64,000 bases of DNA from an uncultured virus (IMG/VR IMGVR_UViG_3300042016_000026) (Duplodnaviria > Heunggongvirae > Uroviricota > Caudoviricetes > Schitoviridae), in IMG/VR virus record IMGVR_UViG_3300042016_000026; one strand, given 5' to 3'. Every line of letters begins with the position of its first letter. Within the stretch, counting starts at the first letter, position 1. Positions 26,984 through 37,793 of the stretch are shown here, one piece after another. The translations under genes and the position numbers were made by a program. The notes under the pieces are model-generated. The model was not told the origin of the DNA and made no database searches. It worked only from the letters and a program-made list of their open reading frames with translations.

Positions 26984-29900
26984 ATGGCAAACGGCAACGA
27001 GAACAACGGTTTCGACCAACTGTTCCCTGCCGGCCTGCCTGCCGCACAGACAGGGGGCTTTCGCCCCCTTTTTGATACCGCTGCGAAAGCAGAACAGGTA
27101 GCGGCAGCTTCTGAAGACAAGAAGCAGTCTCTTATCGACAAGATGGGTTACGACTACGACGATACCATTGGAATGGGCGTTAACCTCGCCGCTTCCCTTG
27201 CGTCCGGTGCCAGCCGCTTGGTTGGTAACCTCGCAACCCTTCCAGTCGATTTGATCTCTGGTTTGGCCCAAGGCTCTGTACCTGAAGAACAGGTCCAGGC
27301 ATTCAACCGTGTGCAAACTGGTCAAGCATCCGATGCTGACCGTGCATTGTTGAATCAAACTGCACCGTTTGAAGACGGTGTGCCGCAAACGTATCTGGAA
27401 CGCCTGCAAGGCACCCAAGGTTTGCAAGAAGTCGGGCAGAACATCGACGATTTCTTCAATATCTCCAGCATCGTGGACACCACGGAGCGTGATCGCCTCA
27501 GTCGCGATATCAAGGAAGAAACTGCCGGTGGTGTTGCAGAATTGCGCCGTGCCTCCGATGAATTCGAAGACGGCAAGTATCTCGACGCTCTGGTTACTGG
27601 CGCTGGTGGTTTGGCTTCGACTGTGGGCAATGCGCTCGCAGCCGGTGCATCCAATCCCCTGGCCACGACTGAGTACGTGGTAGAGAACGTTCCGCAACTG
27701 CTGGCTGCGGCCTACAGTGCCCCTTCTATGGTGGCCTCGAACGCCGGTTACGGTTTCGACGCTTATCGTGAAGGTGTGCGTGAGTTCTTCGACAAGAACG
27801 ACGGCCAATTGCCAAACGCTGATCAGCGTGCGGAAATGGGTCTGTTCGCCGCCTCTGCGGCACTGGCTGAACAAGTCGGTGATGCAACCATGCTTCGTGG
27901 TTTCCGTAACGCCGGTACCGGTTCTGCTTCCAAGGCAATGGCCTCGGCTGCGGGTATCGGCGGTGCAATGACCCGTGAAGGTGTTACTGAAGGCTATCAG
28001 ACCTACGCGGAAGCGCGGGCCAAGCTGGAAGACCCATCTTTGGAAGAGATCGTCGAAGGCGCCACTATTGGTGCACTTGTCGGCGGTAATTTCCAAGGTG
28101 CTGTAGAACTGGCGAAAGCCGGTGCTCCAACAGAAGATGCTGGCACTCGTGCTGCATCCGCTGAAGCTTTTACCGCTGCTGTTGAATCCGGTGATGTTTC
28201 GCCCCTGACTGATGCAGAATCCGCCACTTATAATCCGGTTCGTGCTGTTGAAGCACTGCACCAGATGAACCTGGCAGAAGGCGCTGATATCAAGGCAAAC
28301 CTCGCTCAAGTTGACCAAATTCAGCAAGATGTGACGGCTGACGTGTCGGCTCTGCAAGCCCGTCTGGAAAACACTTCCCCGGAAGCTGTGGCCCGGATCG
28401 GTTCGATCGTTTCTCAGCTTGAGGCCGCTGGTGCAGACCAAGCCCAAATCGCCGAGATGCGTGAGATCCATGAGGCTGTGTCGAGCTACACCCCAGAACA
28501 ACGGAAAGCTGATGAGGCTCGCCTTGCTCAACTGGAAACCCAGTTGGGTGGCATTCATAAAGCAGCCGAGCGCATGCGCGTAGACGCTAGCCCTGAGCCG
28601 GCTGAAGTCGAAAGCATCGCTACTGAAGCACAGGCAGGTGATGCACAGGCGGCTGACCGTCTGTTGACCCTGACCATGACCAACCCTGATTCCGTGGACA
28701 CCCAGGTCGCTGATGCTCTTGCACAGAGCGAAGCCCTGTCAGAGCCGCAACGTATCGCCATGCGCCTTTTCAGCGAGGCTCAGGTGGCAACCAACGCCCT
28801 GAAAGGCCTTACTGGCGTACGTTCGGACATTGCCACTGGTGGCGACGGTTTCAAAGGTATCTCGCAATATCGCAATGCAATCCGTATGGCCCTGGCCAAT
28901 GGCAACGAAGGTGCAGCCCGCTCGCAAGTCGATGGCATCCGCGCATTCGCAGCCAGCCGAGAGTCGAAACTGAACGCCATCACCGCTGCCTTCGAGCAAG
29001 TGAAGGGCACAGACAATTCGATCAATCTCGTGCGGAATCAGCAAGGTGAATGGGGTCCGACTGATCTGAAGGGCAAAGCCCTGAAGAAAGCCGGTGGTGT
29101 GGAAGTCTCGGCACGTTCTTTCAAGCTGCGCGACGGTGTAGCTGCGGAAGCTGACGCTTTGACCAAGACTGCTGCTGCATTCGAAGCTCTGGTAAATGCT
29201 GCTCCCACTCCTGTTTCGGCGCCGGTTGTGCAACCGACGGCTGAGGTACAGGGTGACGTTACCCCGGCAACTCCTGAAGCTGCTGCCACGCCTGCTGTTG
29301 AACCTGCATCGGTAGCTCCGGTAGCAGACGAAACACTTGCGTCCGCTGCGCCTGACGAAGCTGCGATCACCCCAGAAGAGGCCCCGAGCGTGACCGATGA
29401 GGCGCAGGCGAATGCCGGCCAACTCACCACAATCGGCGAGCGAACTGGTGCGGCGGTAACTGCCGACAACTACCGTTCTATCAATCTGGTTTCCGAGCTG
29501 TTTGAACAACAGGCCGGCAATGAGACTGATGCAAGCGTTCGCCCGCTGGTAGCTGTCAAAGACTTCGCTTCGGCCGTACAAGCCGGCGAAGTGCAGGCCA
29601 AGGACTTCATTGATCAAGAAGGTGACCTGACTGGCCCGCAAACCCAAGCCCTGAACGCTTTCTTTAACTTCGCGCAATACTCTGCGCAAGCGATCCGCGA
29701 CCAGTTTAAGGTGACTGAAACTCGTGCCAAACGCCCGGACTTCTTCTATCGGGATATGGCGCAGTTCCTTCAGAACGCGGATGGGCAAATTGATGAGAAC
29801 TTGGCGACTGCCGTCTCGTACGGCATGTTCTCCTGGGCCAACGAAAACGCAACTCAACTGCGTAATTCTGACGAGGGTATCAACGCTATTCTGTTGAGAG

Positions 29901-32900
29901 AGTTCGATTCTGAAATCTCGTCTGCTGCCTACAAAGAACTGTCGCTGATCGGTACGCGTGAAGCCGTGGTTGCCTCGCAACTCGGCGGACGTATCGTTCA
30001 AGCGATGGGTCTGCGACCAAACCAGCAAGGTACCAATGCCGAGCTGAGCAAACTGGAAGCCTCTATCGGTACCCGCGCTATCGCCGCCATGGTGAAGCTG
30101 GGCATCGTCGAGCGGGTCCAATTGTCTGATGTGAAACTTCAGGCACTGATGAATTCTGGCGAGCCGGGTAACGCCCGCATGAACCACACTTTCGTCCGGG
30201 TTAAGTCGGCCGAAGTGAATGGCAAGCGCGAGCCTGCTCCTATCGTCAAACGTATCCGTGAACGCAACGTCGGCTCGCAGTCGGTGGTTGCCAAACTGAT
30301 GTCGGTTGAAGCGGCCGGTGTTGAGCCGAGCTACACTCCGGTGAAGTTCGACCAGGCATTCGCCAAGCGCACTGGTCAAGCCGTCCCGAAAGGGCTGGCC
30401 GAGACGCAGAATAAGGAAGGCGCCAAGGCTCACGTGGTTCGTCAGAACATGTGGCATGTCTGGGGCCGTCTGAGCAAGCAGGCGCTGTATGCAATGGGTG
30501 GTGTGGTAAGCACGTCCGATGCTCCGACTCACGTCGAGAATCTGGCTTCCCGCCAAGCGAAGAACGACGGGCTGATTCAGCAAGTCGAGAACTTCGACAC
30601 CTTTATCAAGGCCATGGCTGCCGATTCGAGCACTGAAGGTCTGGATCAGCCGTTGTACTTCGGCCGTTCGGTCTGGAAGCCTCAACGTGTTGGTTTGACC
30701 GCCAACGTGGTGAACCCACAGACTTCGAAGATCCATCGTCACATGTTGGCCATGCAAGGTTGGAATGCATCCGTCGAGCTGGCTGATGCTGCGTCGATGA
30801 ACAACTTCAAGCTGCGTGTGCTGGAAGCGTTCGGCAAGAAGACTGAAGCGACCAATACCCCTGTTGTGCTGGCCGGTTACGACGCTGTCGTGTCGAATCC
30901 TGCAATTCAGGCGGGTATTGATGCGTTGGTCGACGTGCTGCGCGATGTCGGCACTACCAACGAAGAAGCTATCGTTGCTGCGGTGAAAGCCGGTGGTGAG
31001 AACTTCCATTCATTCGATGCACTGGTTGCCCTGGCTGAACAGCGTATTGCTGAGCAGGACGGCAAGCCTTTGTTCGAAACGAGCATGATGGGTGAGGTTG
31101 ACGGTGTCACCAACGGGCCAATGCTGTCCCTGCTGATGCTGGGCGCCAAAGGCTTCGAAACCATGAACCAAGGTGGGTTCTTCGAGCTGGAAAGCCCGTA
31201 CTCGCAGTTCAATGACTTCCATGCGGTCGATGGCAACCTCGACCTGTATGAGTCGAACATTGCTGGCGCGCTGAACCGTCTGCAAGGCCGCAACGTCAAC
31301 ATGCTGCAAGCCATGCAGGTAATCACCGGCCAGTTGCAAACTGCTGAGGGTAACGTGACCTCCAAAGGTCGCAACATCATCAAGAAGCCGCTGACTGCAC
31401 TGATGTTCGGGTCCAACCCGAAAACAGCCGTAGAAGGTATGGCTGATGGTTTCGTTGAAGCGATTTACAGCCGTATCGAAGATGCTGCTGCGAACCGTGA
31501 CAACGCGGCGATTACTGCGCTGTTCTCCGCGGTTAACACGCTGATGCGTCTGCCAAAGGCTGCATTGCCAGCAAACGCCGGCTACGAGCAGGCACTGGAA
31601 ACCAAGCTGACCGAACAGCAGAAAACTGCGCTGAAGAAGTCGTTCTATGAGCTGTTGGGTAAGCCAACTGAAGATGCCCTGGCTGACAACTACGCGACCT
31701 TCATTGCTCGCCGTAACGTGATCAACCAGACCGCACAACTGTCGTTTGACCTGTACAACGCGGTACGCGAAGGCGTCACCGAGTTCGTTGAAGGTTCCAG
31801 CGCAGAAGTGGCACGCAACAACGCTGGTGAAGCGATTCGTACCCTGACCAAAGAGCAACTGACGCAAGTCGATGCTCTGATGGGTGATATGGCGCCGATC
31901 CTGCAAACTGCCATGTCTCAGGCGGCAGGTCAGCGTGAAGCGGGTATGTACATGGCGAAGTCGCAGCGTAAGCTGGATTCCTCGCTGCCATATGAGCAAG
32001 AAGTCGCGTTCGGTGACATGGTCAACACAATCGCACCAGATGGCCAGATGATGGGCATCGGTTCGTCGAAAGTGTCGTCTACTCGCACCGAAGACATCGA
32101 CCCAGGCGTAATGCCGTTCATTACCTCGATTCACTCTTCCGACTCCGCGATTGCCTCGGCAGTCTACGGTGAAATGGAAGCGCTGAACGTTCACGACGCC
32201 TTGGGCGTCGATCTGAACAATGTGGCGAAAGTGGGTCAGGAACTGAACAAGGCTACCTTCGAAACCCTGCTGAACTATTCGTCGCCGACGGCTATGTCCA
32301 ACATGTTGGATGAGGTGCTGGCCGGTGTCGCTAAAGCGATGCAGAACCCTGATCTGGCCGCTCGCATCCAGCCAAAGCTGCGCGAGAAGATGATTCAGCG
32401 TGCCGAAAAGAAGCGCGGCGGTATTGCGCAACAACTGACCGCCATCCGTGAAACTGCCCGTCAGGCAGACACTGATAAGCTGTCGATGATGGCTGAGCTC
32501 AAGGCAATCGGTCAGTACGCCACTGAAGGTGGTTCGTACGTGGTAACCGACGCTGATCGCGAAGCTGCAGCCAAGAAACTGGCTGAGGTGGGTACTTCGT
32601 TCAACGAAGGTGCTGAATCTGTGGCTGAAATGCTGGACGTTGCTGCGGCTGTCGATCCTGCTGTGTATCAGCCGGGCCAACGCGCTGTGCTGGCCAACAC
32701 TTCGGTAACTACGCTGGCGCCGGCCACTTCCCTCAACACCCTGGCTTCGCTTGAGCAAACCAACGCAGTTGAGCAGGTCGTTGCTTCCATGGTTTCGGGT
32801 AACCGGACTCTGGGCGATGCTGTGCAGATTCTGCCTGAGCATCAAGCCGCCGAGGTAATCAACGCGGTAAACACTGCGTCTGAAGAGAGGCTGTCGGTAT

Positions 32901-35900
32901 GGGGCCAGTTGGGCACTCCTGTGGTGCAATCTGACACCAATCTGGTAGAGCTGCTGTCCGGTAACAACCTGTCGGCGCACAACCTGATTGATTCACTGGT
33001 TGCCTACAGCCAAGACCCGTTCCAGCGCACTGTGCTGCAAATGGCCAAGAAAGGTATCCCTGCTGGCGTGCGTGTGAACTACATCACCGCCGAGACTGGT
33101 CCTGAAGGTGCATTCGGTGAAGGTGTGGACAAATCCCGTGGTTGGTACGCACAGCGTAACGGCACCGAGGCATTGTTCATCAAATCGCCTGAATTCGTTG
33201 AATCGGGTATCACTCCAGAGCTGTTGACCCACGAACTGGTACACGCTGCCCTGGCCAACTTGGTTGATCAGCATGATGGTGCCAATACGGTCGCCGGTCG
33301 TGCAGTGGCTGATCTGGAAAGCCTGCGGCAGATCGCTGACGAGTTCATCGCCAACAACGGTGAGATGTCGGCACGCTTCCGCAATGCCACCTCCAATGTG
33401 CATGAGTTGCTGGCCTGGGGCCTGACCAACAAGGCATTCCAGCGCGATGTGCTGTCCCAAGTCCAAGTAGAGCAGCGTAACCGCAGCTTCCTCGACGGTC
33501 TGAAGACTTTCATCGGCAAGCTGACCACTCTGCTGTTCGGCGACAACAAAGTGTCGGCAAACAACGGTATGGCCAACTTGGTGGCGAATGCTGCCGGCCT
33601 GTTCCAAGAAGCCGCCGCTGTGCGCGATGCCCGTGCAACCAAGACGCACAAGTACGAAGATGCGGTCGATCACATCAATGCCATGACGGCCGAGCAAGTG
33701 TTTGACGCACTGGCTTCGGTATCGGGTGTGCAAACGGATGTTCGCCACGTTGAGTACCTGAAGAACCTGCTGGCTGAGACAGTTGACCCAGTCTATGGCC
33801 CTTACGGTGCATTCAAGGAGCAAGCGTCGGCAAACCGTGCGCTGACTCCGCTGGATGTGTTCCTGAAGGCTGTGAACACCGGCAAGCTGCCATTCAGTAC
33901 GGAAGCAACGGCCAATGCCTTTATCCTGTCGCAACAGGAAGCATTTGTACTGGAATCGGTCGAAGCCACCGTGGCCTTTGCCATGGAGCACAAAGACACG
34001 CTGTTCGTGCGCCAAGCGCTGGAAGATTTGTTCAAGGAAGCACGAGCAACCCTGAACAAAGATGGCCGCAACTTCCACAAGGGAATCTGGGCTACCGCAA
34101 GCCAGAATGAGAAGGATATCGCCAAAGCGAAATGGGACTTCGTGTTCCGTCCGCAAGCGGGCATCACCGGCAAGAATGCCTACCTGTCGCGCTTTGCGGC
34201 GTTGGGCTTGGCATCGGCTGAAGTGCGCAACGTGTTGGCGTTCTCGACAGCGAATCTGGAAACCCCGCTGAAGGAACTGCCGTGGGCCAGCCGCCTGACC
34301 GAGATCTTCCGTCGTCTGATGCAACGCCTGTCCTCGCTGATGACCAAGGTCACCCCGGGCATGGCCGGCAATCAGGCACTGCGTACCCTGGTCGAAGACC
34401 TGGTGGATATCGAAGCCAAGCGTAAAGCACGCATGGGCCAAGACAAGCTGGGCTCGCTCGACCAGATTGAGACGGTGCTGACGGCAGCGGGTGAAACCGT
34501 GCGCGAGAAAGCCGATGCTTTCGGGCAATCGAAGTTCTTCCGCAACTCCCGTATTCCGGGTGTGCCGTTTGTGGGTGCAGCGATCTCGACACTGGCCGGC
34601 GACCGTCTGGATGACGTGCTGGAGCACATCAACACCACCCGCGATGCTTACATGAAAGGTCGTCAGGGTCTGGCTACCGGGCTGCTCAGTGAGTGGCGCG
34701 GTGTTTATGACTCCCGTCGTCTGGCGGCCGAGCTGTTCAAAGGTGCCAAGGCCATCGAGCAAGAGCGTAAAGCGGTGATCGAGAACACGGCTCAGGCTGT
34801 GAACGAGGCCTTCGCCAACCAAGGTCAGGATCTGACCCAGGACCAACGCGATGCGCTGACCAAAGTGTTCCTGCGCACCAACGCTCAGGCCATCGCCGCG
34901 GTGAAAGGTGTGTCCGGGCTGCGGGATCTGATGGAAGATCCGGCACAAATGGCCGCGTACCGGGCTGATCTGGAAGCTCAGGTCAGTGCGCTGTCGGGCA
35001 ATGCCCGGTACATGATCAGCCAGACCAAGGACTTGGCGCACCACAAGGTGATTGGGGGTTCGACCTCGGCCAACCTGATGCTGTCGACCGGCAACATCGC
35101 GGCCATGTACGGCACCAAAAAAGCTGGGCAGGATGCTCATCTTATTGCTGGTTTGACGCCGTTGCTGGAGCAGTTGGTGGGTGTGTATGCACTGGCTTAC
35201 TCCGGTGATGTCGACCTGAACAATGCGAAGCAAGTGCTGCGTACCGAGATGAACCGTCAAGACGGTGGCAACGGTGTCGAGTTCATGCTGAAGCTGCACA
35301 CAGGTCTGCAAACCAAGGCGACCAAGGAGCTGTTCGCCGGTACCGAAGCGCTACAACAGACCGGTTATGTGGCCGAGATCCACGACAACAAGATCGAAGT
35401 GTTACTGGTCGATCAGAAGGACGTGGAAGCTCACCAGCGCGCCGGGTACACCGTAGGCACCCGTCTGCAGATGGACCCGAACGTGAAGGCGCTGCAAGGC
35501 GGTTCGCGTGTCCTGATGACCCGTCGGGGCTCTGGCCAGAACGCTCTGTTGACCGGCGCCATGTCGTTCACCGGCATGAATGCCAAAGGCTCCAGCCCGG
35601 TCACTGAAGCGCTGAACATGCTGCAGGGCACGCAGACCACGTCGGCTGCCGTACGCCAGCAGATTGCAGCGGCCAAAGCCGGGGCAATCGCTGACTTGTT
35701 CAACCGGGGTTCGAATTACGACCCACGCAATGCCCAAGCAGGACACATGGCCCCCACCCTGGCGCCTGACGGTCGCATAGCTGACTACCGTCACCTGATG
35801 GTCGAACACAACCGCGATGTCCTATTGGACCGCGATAATTCGATGGATCAGGTGATGGGAGTCATGGCCGGTCAGATTGCGGACAAGGTGTCGTCTGCTG

Positions 35901-37138
35901 CGCAGAACGCTGATGTGGTGCGGTCGATGTACGACCAGTACCGTGCGGACTACACGTCGCGCCCAGCTTCGTACTTGCGTGTGGCTGCGGATAGCAATGA
36001 TGCGACGCTGGCTGAGGCATACCGCCTGCTACCAGAAAGCACCAAGCGGGAAATCAAGAAGGTATGGAAAGAAGACGCGATGTATGTGCCGGCTGACCAA
36101 ATCGATCTGATTTTTGGCTACCGTAAGTTCAGTTTGACCAATGCGTTCGCTGCGCTGCCGACTGACCGTAACTTGATGGAAAAGACCCTTGTCGGGATCA
36201 CTTCCGCCATGTTCGGTGAGAAAGCTGCACTGCGCGTCGGTCAAGCCGAAGACATCATGCAAGCACTGGTCAAAGAGATGAAAGACATCCTCGTTGTGAA
36301 AAACGTGATGACTTTGGCCGGCAACATCATGTCCAACATGACATTGCTCGCTTGGGAAGGGGTTCCGCTGCAAAAGGCAATCTCTTCGCACGCAATCGCA
36401 ATCAAAGGGGCTATCGACTACCGTAAGGATTCGAAACGCCTGATGCAGTTGCAGCAATCGGTTGAGATCGGCTACTTCGCGGATACTGAAGCGGCTGAGG
36501 TGGAAATGGTGGAATTGCGGGATCGTTTGGCGCGTAACCCGATCAAACCGCTGATTGATGCCGGACTTATGCCGACAATCGTAGAAGACGTTGAAGTTGA
36601 CGATAATCGCTACACCTACAAGGCTCACTTGGAGCACAAGGTGGAACGGTTCACTTCTAAGGTGCCAGCGTGGATGCGTGCGGTCGGTCGTCAGGTCTAC
36701 ATGACTCATGACACTGCAACCTACAAGTTCCTGAGCCAATCGACTCAGTTGTCCGACTTGGTGTCTCGTTATGCGCTCTATGAGCACGCAACGACTCGCC
36801 GGAAAGATCCGCTGAGTAAAGCTGATGCATTGCGTCTCGCCGAGGACAGTTTCGTAAACTACGACCTGCCTTCGCACCGTACCCTGCAATATCTCAACGA
36901 TATGGGTATTGTGATGTTCACCAAGTATTACCTCCGGATTCAGAAGGTAATCATGCGTTTGGTGAAAGATCGTCCTGCACGCGGCCTGATTCTGGTGGCA
37001 CTGGAACATTACCTGTCTGGTTTGCAGTCGGTACTGGATTCGAGCTGGACGAACAAGATCGGCAACAATCCGCTGCAAGATGGTGCACTTGGTTACCTTG
37101 GCTCCTTGAAAGAGCTTCCGGCAATCAAGATGTTGTAA
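26984..37138 (+). CDS. Virion-encapsidated RNA polymerase (N4 gp50-like)
   Basis: 3384 aa, no Cys seen; motif A EVDGVTNG, motif B RNIIKKPLTALMFG, motif C NVHDA. Confidence 0.96.
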   Translation: MANGNENNGFDQLFPAGLPAAQTGGFRPLFDTAAKAEQVAAASEDKKQSLIDKMGYDYDDTIGMGVNLAASLASGASRLVGNLATLPVDLISGLAQGSVPEEQVQAFNRVQTGQASDADRALLNQTAPFEDGVPQTYLERLQGTQGLQEVGQNIDDFFNISSIVDTTERDRLSRDIKEETAGGVAELRRASDEFEDGKYLDALVTGAGGLASTVGNALAAGASNPLATTEYVVENVPQLLAAAYSAPSMVASNAGYGFDAYREGVREFFDKNDGQLPNADQRAEMGLFAASAALAEQVGDATMLRGFRNAGTGSASKAMASAAGIGGAMTREGVTEGYQTYAEARAKLEDPSLEEIVEGATIGALVGGNFQGAVELAKAGAPTEDAGTRAASAEAFTAAVESGDVSPLTDAESATYNPVRAVEALHQMNLAEGADIKANLAQVDQIQQDVTADVSALQARLENTSPEAVARIGSIVSQLEAAGADQAQIAEMREIHEAVSSYTPEQRKADEARLAQLETQLGGIHKAAERMRVDASPEPAEVESIATEAQAGDAQAADRLLTLTMTNPDSVDTQVADALAQSEALSEPQRIAMRLFSEAQVATNALKGLTGVRSDIATGGDGFKGISQYRNAIRMALANGNEGAARSQVDGIRAFAASRESKLNAITAAFEQVKGTDNSINLVRNQQGEWGPTDLKGKALKKAGGVEVSARSFKLRDGVAAEADALTKTAAAFEALVNAAPTPVSAPVVQPTAEVQGDVTPATPEAAATPAVEPASVAPVADETLASAAPDEAAITPEEAPSVTDEAQANAGQLTTIGERTGAAVTADNYRSINLVSELFEQQAGNETDASVRPLVAVKDFASAVQAGEVQAKDFIDQEGDLTGPQTQALNAFFNFAQYSAQAIRDQFKVTETRAKRPDFFYRDMAQFLQNADGQIDENLATAVSYGMFSWANENATQLRNSDEGINAILLREFDSEISSAAYKELSLIGTREAVVASQLGGRIVQAMGLRPNQQGTNAELSKLEASIGTRAIAAMVKLGIVERVQLSDVKLQALMNSGEPGNARMNHTFVRVKSAEVNGKREPAPIVKRIRERNVGSQSVVAKLMSVEAAGVEPSYTPVKFDQAFAKRTGQAVPKGLAETQNKEGAKAHVVRQNMWHVWGRLSKQALYAMGGVVSTSDAPTHVENLASRQAKNDGLIQQVENFDTFIKAMAADSSTEGLDQPLYFGRSVWKPQRVGLTANVVNPQTSKIHRHMLAMQGWNASVELADAASMNNFKLRVLEAFGKKTEATNTPVVLAGYDAVVSNPAIQAGIDALVDVLRDVGTTNEEAIVAAVKAGGENFHSFDALVALAEQRIAEQDGKPLFETSMMGEVDGVTNGPMLSLLMLGAKGFETMNQGGFFELESPYSQFNDFHAVDGNLDLYESNIAGALNRLQGRNVNMLQAMQVITGQLQTAEGNVTSKGRNIIKKPLTALMFGSNPKTAVEGMADGFVEAIYSRIEDAAANRDNAAITALFSAVNTLMRLPKAALPANAGYEQALETKLTEQQKTALKKSFYELLGKPTEDALADNYATFIARRNVINQTAQLSFDLYNAVREGVTEFVEGSSAEVARNNAGEAIRTLTKEQLTQVDALMGDMAPILQTAMSQAAGQREAGMYMAKSQRKLDSSLPYEQEVAFGDMVNTIAPDGQMMGIGSSKVSSTRTEDIDPGVMPFITSIHSSDSAIASAVYGEMEALNVHDALGVDLNNVAKVGQELNKATFETLLNYSSPTAMSNMLDEVLAGVAKAMQNPDLAARIQPKLREKMIQRAEKKRGGIAQQLTAIRETARQADTDKLSMMAELKAIGQYATEGGSYVVTDADREAAAKKLAEVGTSFNEGAESVAEMLDVAAAVDPAVYQPGQRAVLANTSVTTLAPATSLNTLASLEQTNAVEQVVASMVSGNRTLGDAVQILPEHQAAEVINAVNTASEERLSVWGQLGTPVVQSDTNLVELLSGNNLSAHNLIDSLVAYSQDPFQRTVLQMAKKGIPAGVRVNYITAETGPEGAFGEGVDKSRGWYAQRNGTEALFIKSPEFVESGITPELLTHELVHAALANLVDQHDGANTVAGRAVADLESLRQIADEFIANNGEMSARFRNATSNVHELLAWGLTNKAFQRDVLSQVQVEQRNRSFLDGLKTFIGKLTTLLFGDNKVSANNGMANLVANAAGLFQEAAAVRDARATKTHKYEDAVDHINAMTAEQVFDALASVSGVQTDVRHVEYLKNLLAETVDPVYGPYGAFKEQASANRALTPLDVFLKAVNTGKLPFSTEATANAFILSQQEAFVLESVEATVAFAMEHKDTLFVRQALEDLFKEARATLNKDGRNFHKGIWATASQNEKDIAKAKWDFVFRPQAGITGKNAYLSRFAALGLASAEVRNVLAFSTANLETPLKELPWASRLTEIFRRLMQRLSSLMTKVTPGMAGNQALRTLVEDLVDIEAKRKARMGQDKLGSLDQIETVLTAAGETVREKADAFGQSKFFRNSRIPGVPFVGAAISTLAGDRLDDVLEHINTTRDAYMKGRQGLATGLLSEWRGVYDSRRLAAELFKGAKAIEQERKAVIENTAQAVNEAFANQGQDLTQDQRDALTKVFLRTNAQAIAAVKGVSGLRDLMEDPAQMAAYRADLEAQVSALSGNARYMISQTKDLAHHKVIGGSTSANLMLSTGNIAAMYGTKKAGQDAHLIAGLTPLLEQLVGVYALAYSGDVDLNNAKQVLRTEMNRQDGGNGVEFMLKLHTGLQTKATKELFAGTEALQQTGYVAEIHDNKIEVLLVDQKDVEAHQRAGYTVGTRLQMDPNVKALQGGSRVLMTRRGSGQNALLTGAMSFTGMNAKGSSPVTEALNMLQGTQTTSAAVRQQIAAAKAGAIADLFNRGSNYDPRNAQAGHMAPTLAPDGRIADYRHLMVEHNRDVLLDRDNSMDQVMGVMAGQIADKVSSAAQNADVVRSMYDQYRADYTSRPASYLRVAADSNDATLAEAYRLLPESTKREIKKVWKEDAMYVPADQIDLIFGYRKFSLTNAFAALPTDRNLMEKTLVGITSAMFGEKAALRVGQAEDIMQALVKEMKDILVVKNVMTLAGNIMSNMTLLAWEGVPLQKAISSHAIAIKGAIDYRKDSKRLMQLQQSVEIGYFADTEAAEVEMVELRDRLARNPIKPLIDAGLMPTIVEDVEVDDNRYTYKAHLEHKVERFTSKVPAWMRAVGRQVYMTHDTATYKFLSQSTQLSDLVSRYALYEHATTRRKDPLSKADALRLAEDSFVNYDLPSHRTLQYLNDMGIVMFTKYYLRIQKVIMRLVKDRPARGLILVALEHYLSGLQSVLDSSWTNKIGNNPLQDGALGYLGSLKELPAIKML

Positions 37139-37228
37139 GGGTGGGGGCTGGACGCGGCGAACGCCCGTGACATACTTTGCTTGCATGCAGCAATCGGTCT
37201 TGTCCCACTGGACGGCCCCCTTAAATAG

Positions 37229-37257
37229 AAAGCCCCCTAGTTTGGGGGCTTTTTTCT
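37229..37257. terminator. Bidirectional terminator
   Basis: AAAGCCCCC-TAGTTT-GGGGGCTTTTTT between convergent genes. Confidence 0.75.
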
Positions 37258-37446
37258 TGCGTCGAACACGAACTCTTTGATCGCTGCCCAAACCAGAAAG
37301 ACAATGAAGACAAGTACGCAGAGCAATGCCCCCAAGAAGGCAATGATCTTGAACACGTACCCAAACACCACGAATGTCGTGATCAGGGCGAGCAGCGCGC
37401 CGATCCCGAAGAATATCCCCAGAATCAGCCGGCCTGCCCGGATCAA
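37237..37446 (-). CDS. Small two-TM membrane protein
   Basis: 69 aa, almost entirely hydrophobic. Confidence 0.7.
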   Translation of the reverse strand: MIRAGRLILGIFFGIGALLALITTFVVFGYVFKIIAFLGALLCVLVFIVFLVWAAIKEFVFDARKKPPN

Positions 37447-37793
37447 TGCCGTACTGGGGATTTGATCATCACGGCTCGCCCGAGGGGGAGGTCGTCGAGG
37501 TACAAAGTGCCGGTGGCCGGGTCAATGTGCCAACCTTTAGGTTGATTCCCGGTAGCTGTAGCAGCCTGGGGTTTCATGTCTTCCGGCGCACCTTTAGATG
37601 CACCCGGCGAAGGGTGGCCAGCATTGCCAGTCTGGCTGGACACTTTAGGCTCTTCAAACAGTTTTGCAGCAGCTTTTGCCAGAGTCGAGGCTTCAGCGCT
37701 TTGATTGATGCCATAGAGCATCTTTGCAGCACTTGCCAGCATATTCGCCGCTTGGGCGTGTGCAAGCAGAGCTTCGTCGCAGATTTGGCACAT
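37443..37793 (-). CDS. Hypothetical protein
   Basis: From MCQICDE with AAGGA SD. Confidence 0.65.
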   Translation of the reverse strand: MCQICDEALLAHAQAANMLASAAKMLYGINQSAEASTLAKAAAKLFEEPKVSSQTGNAGHPSPGASKGAPEDMKPQAATATGNQPKGWHIDPATGTLYLDDLPLGRAVMIKSPVRH

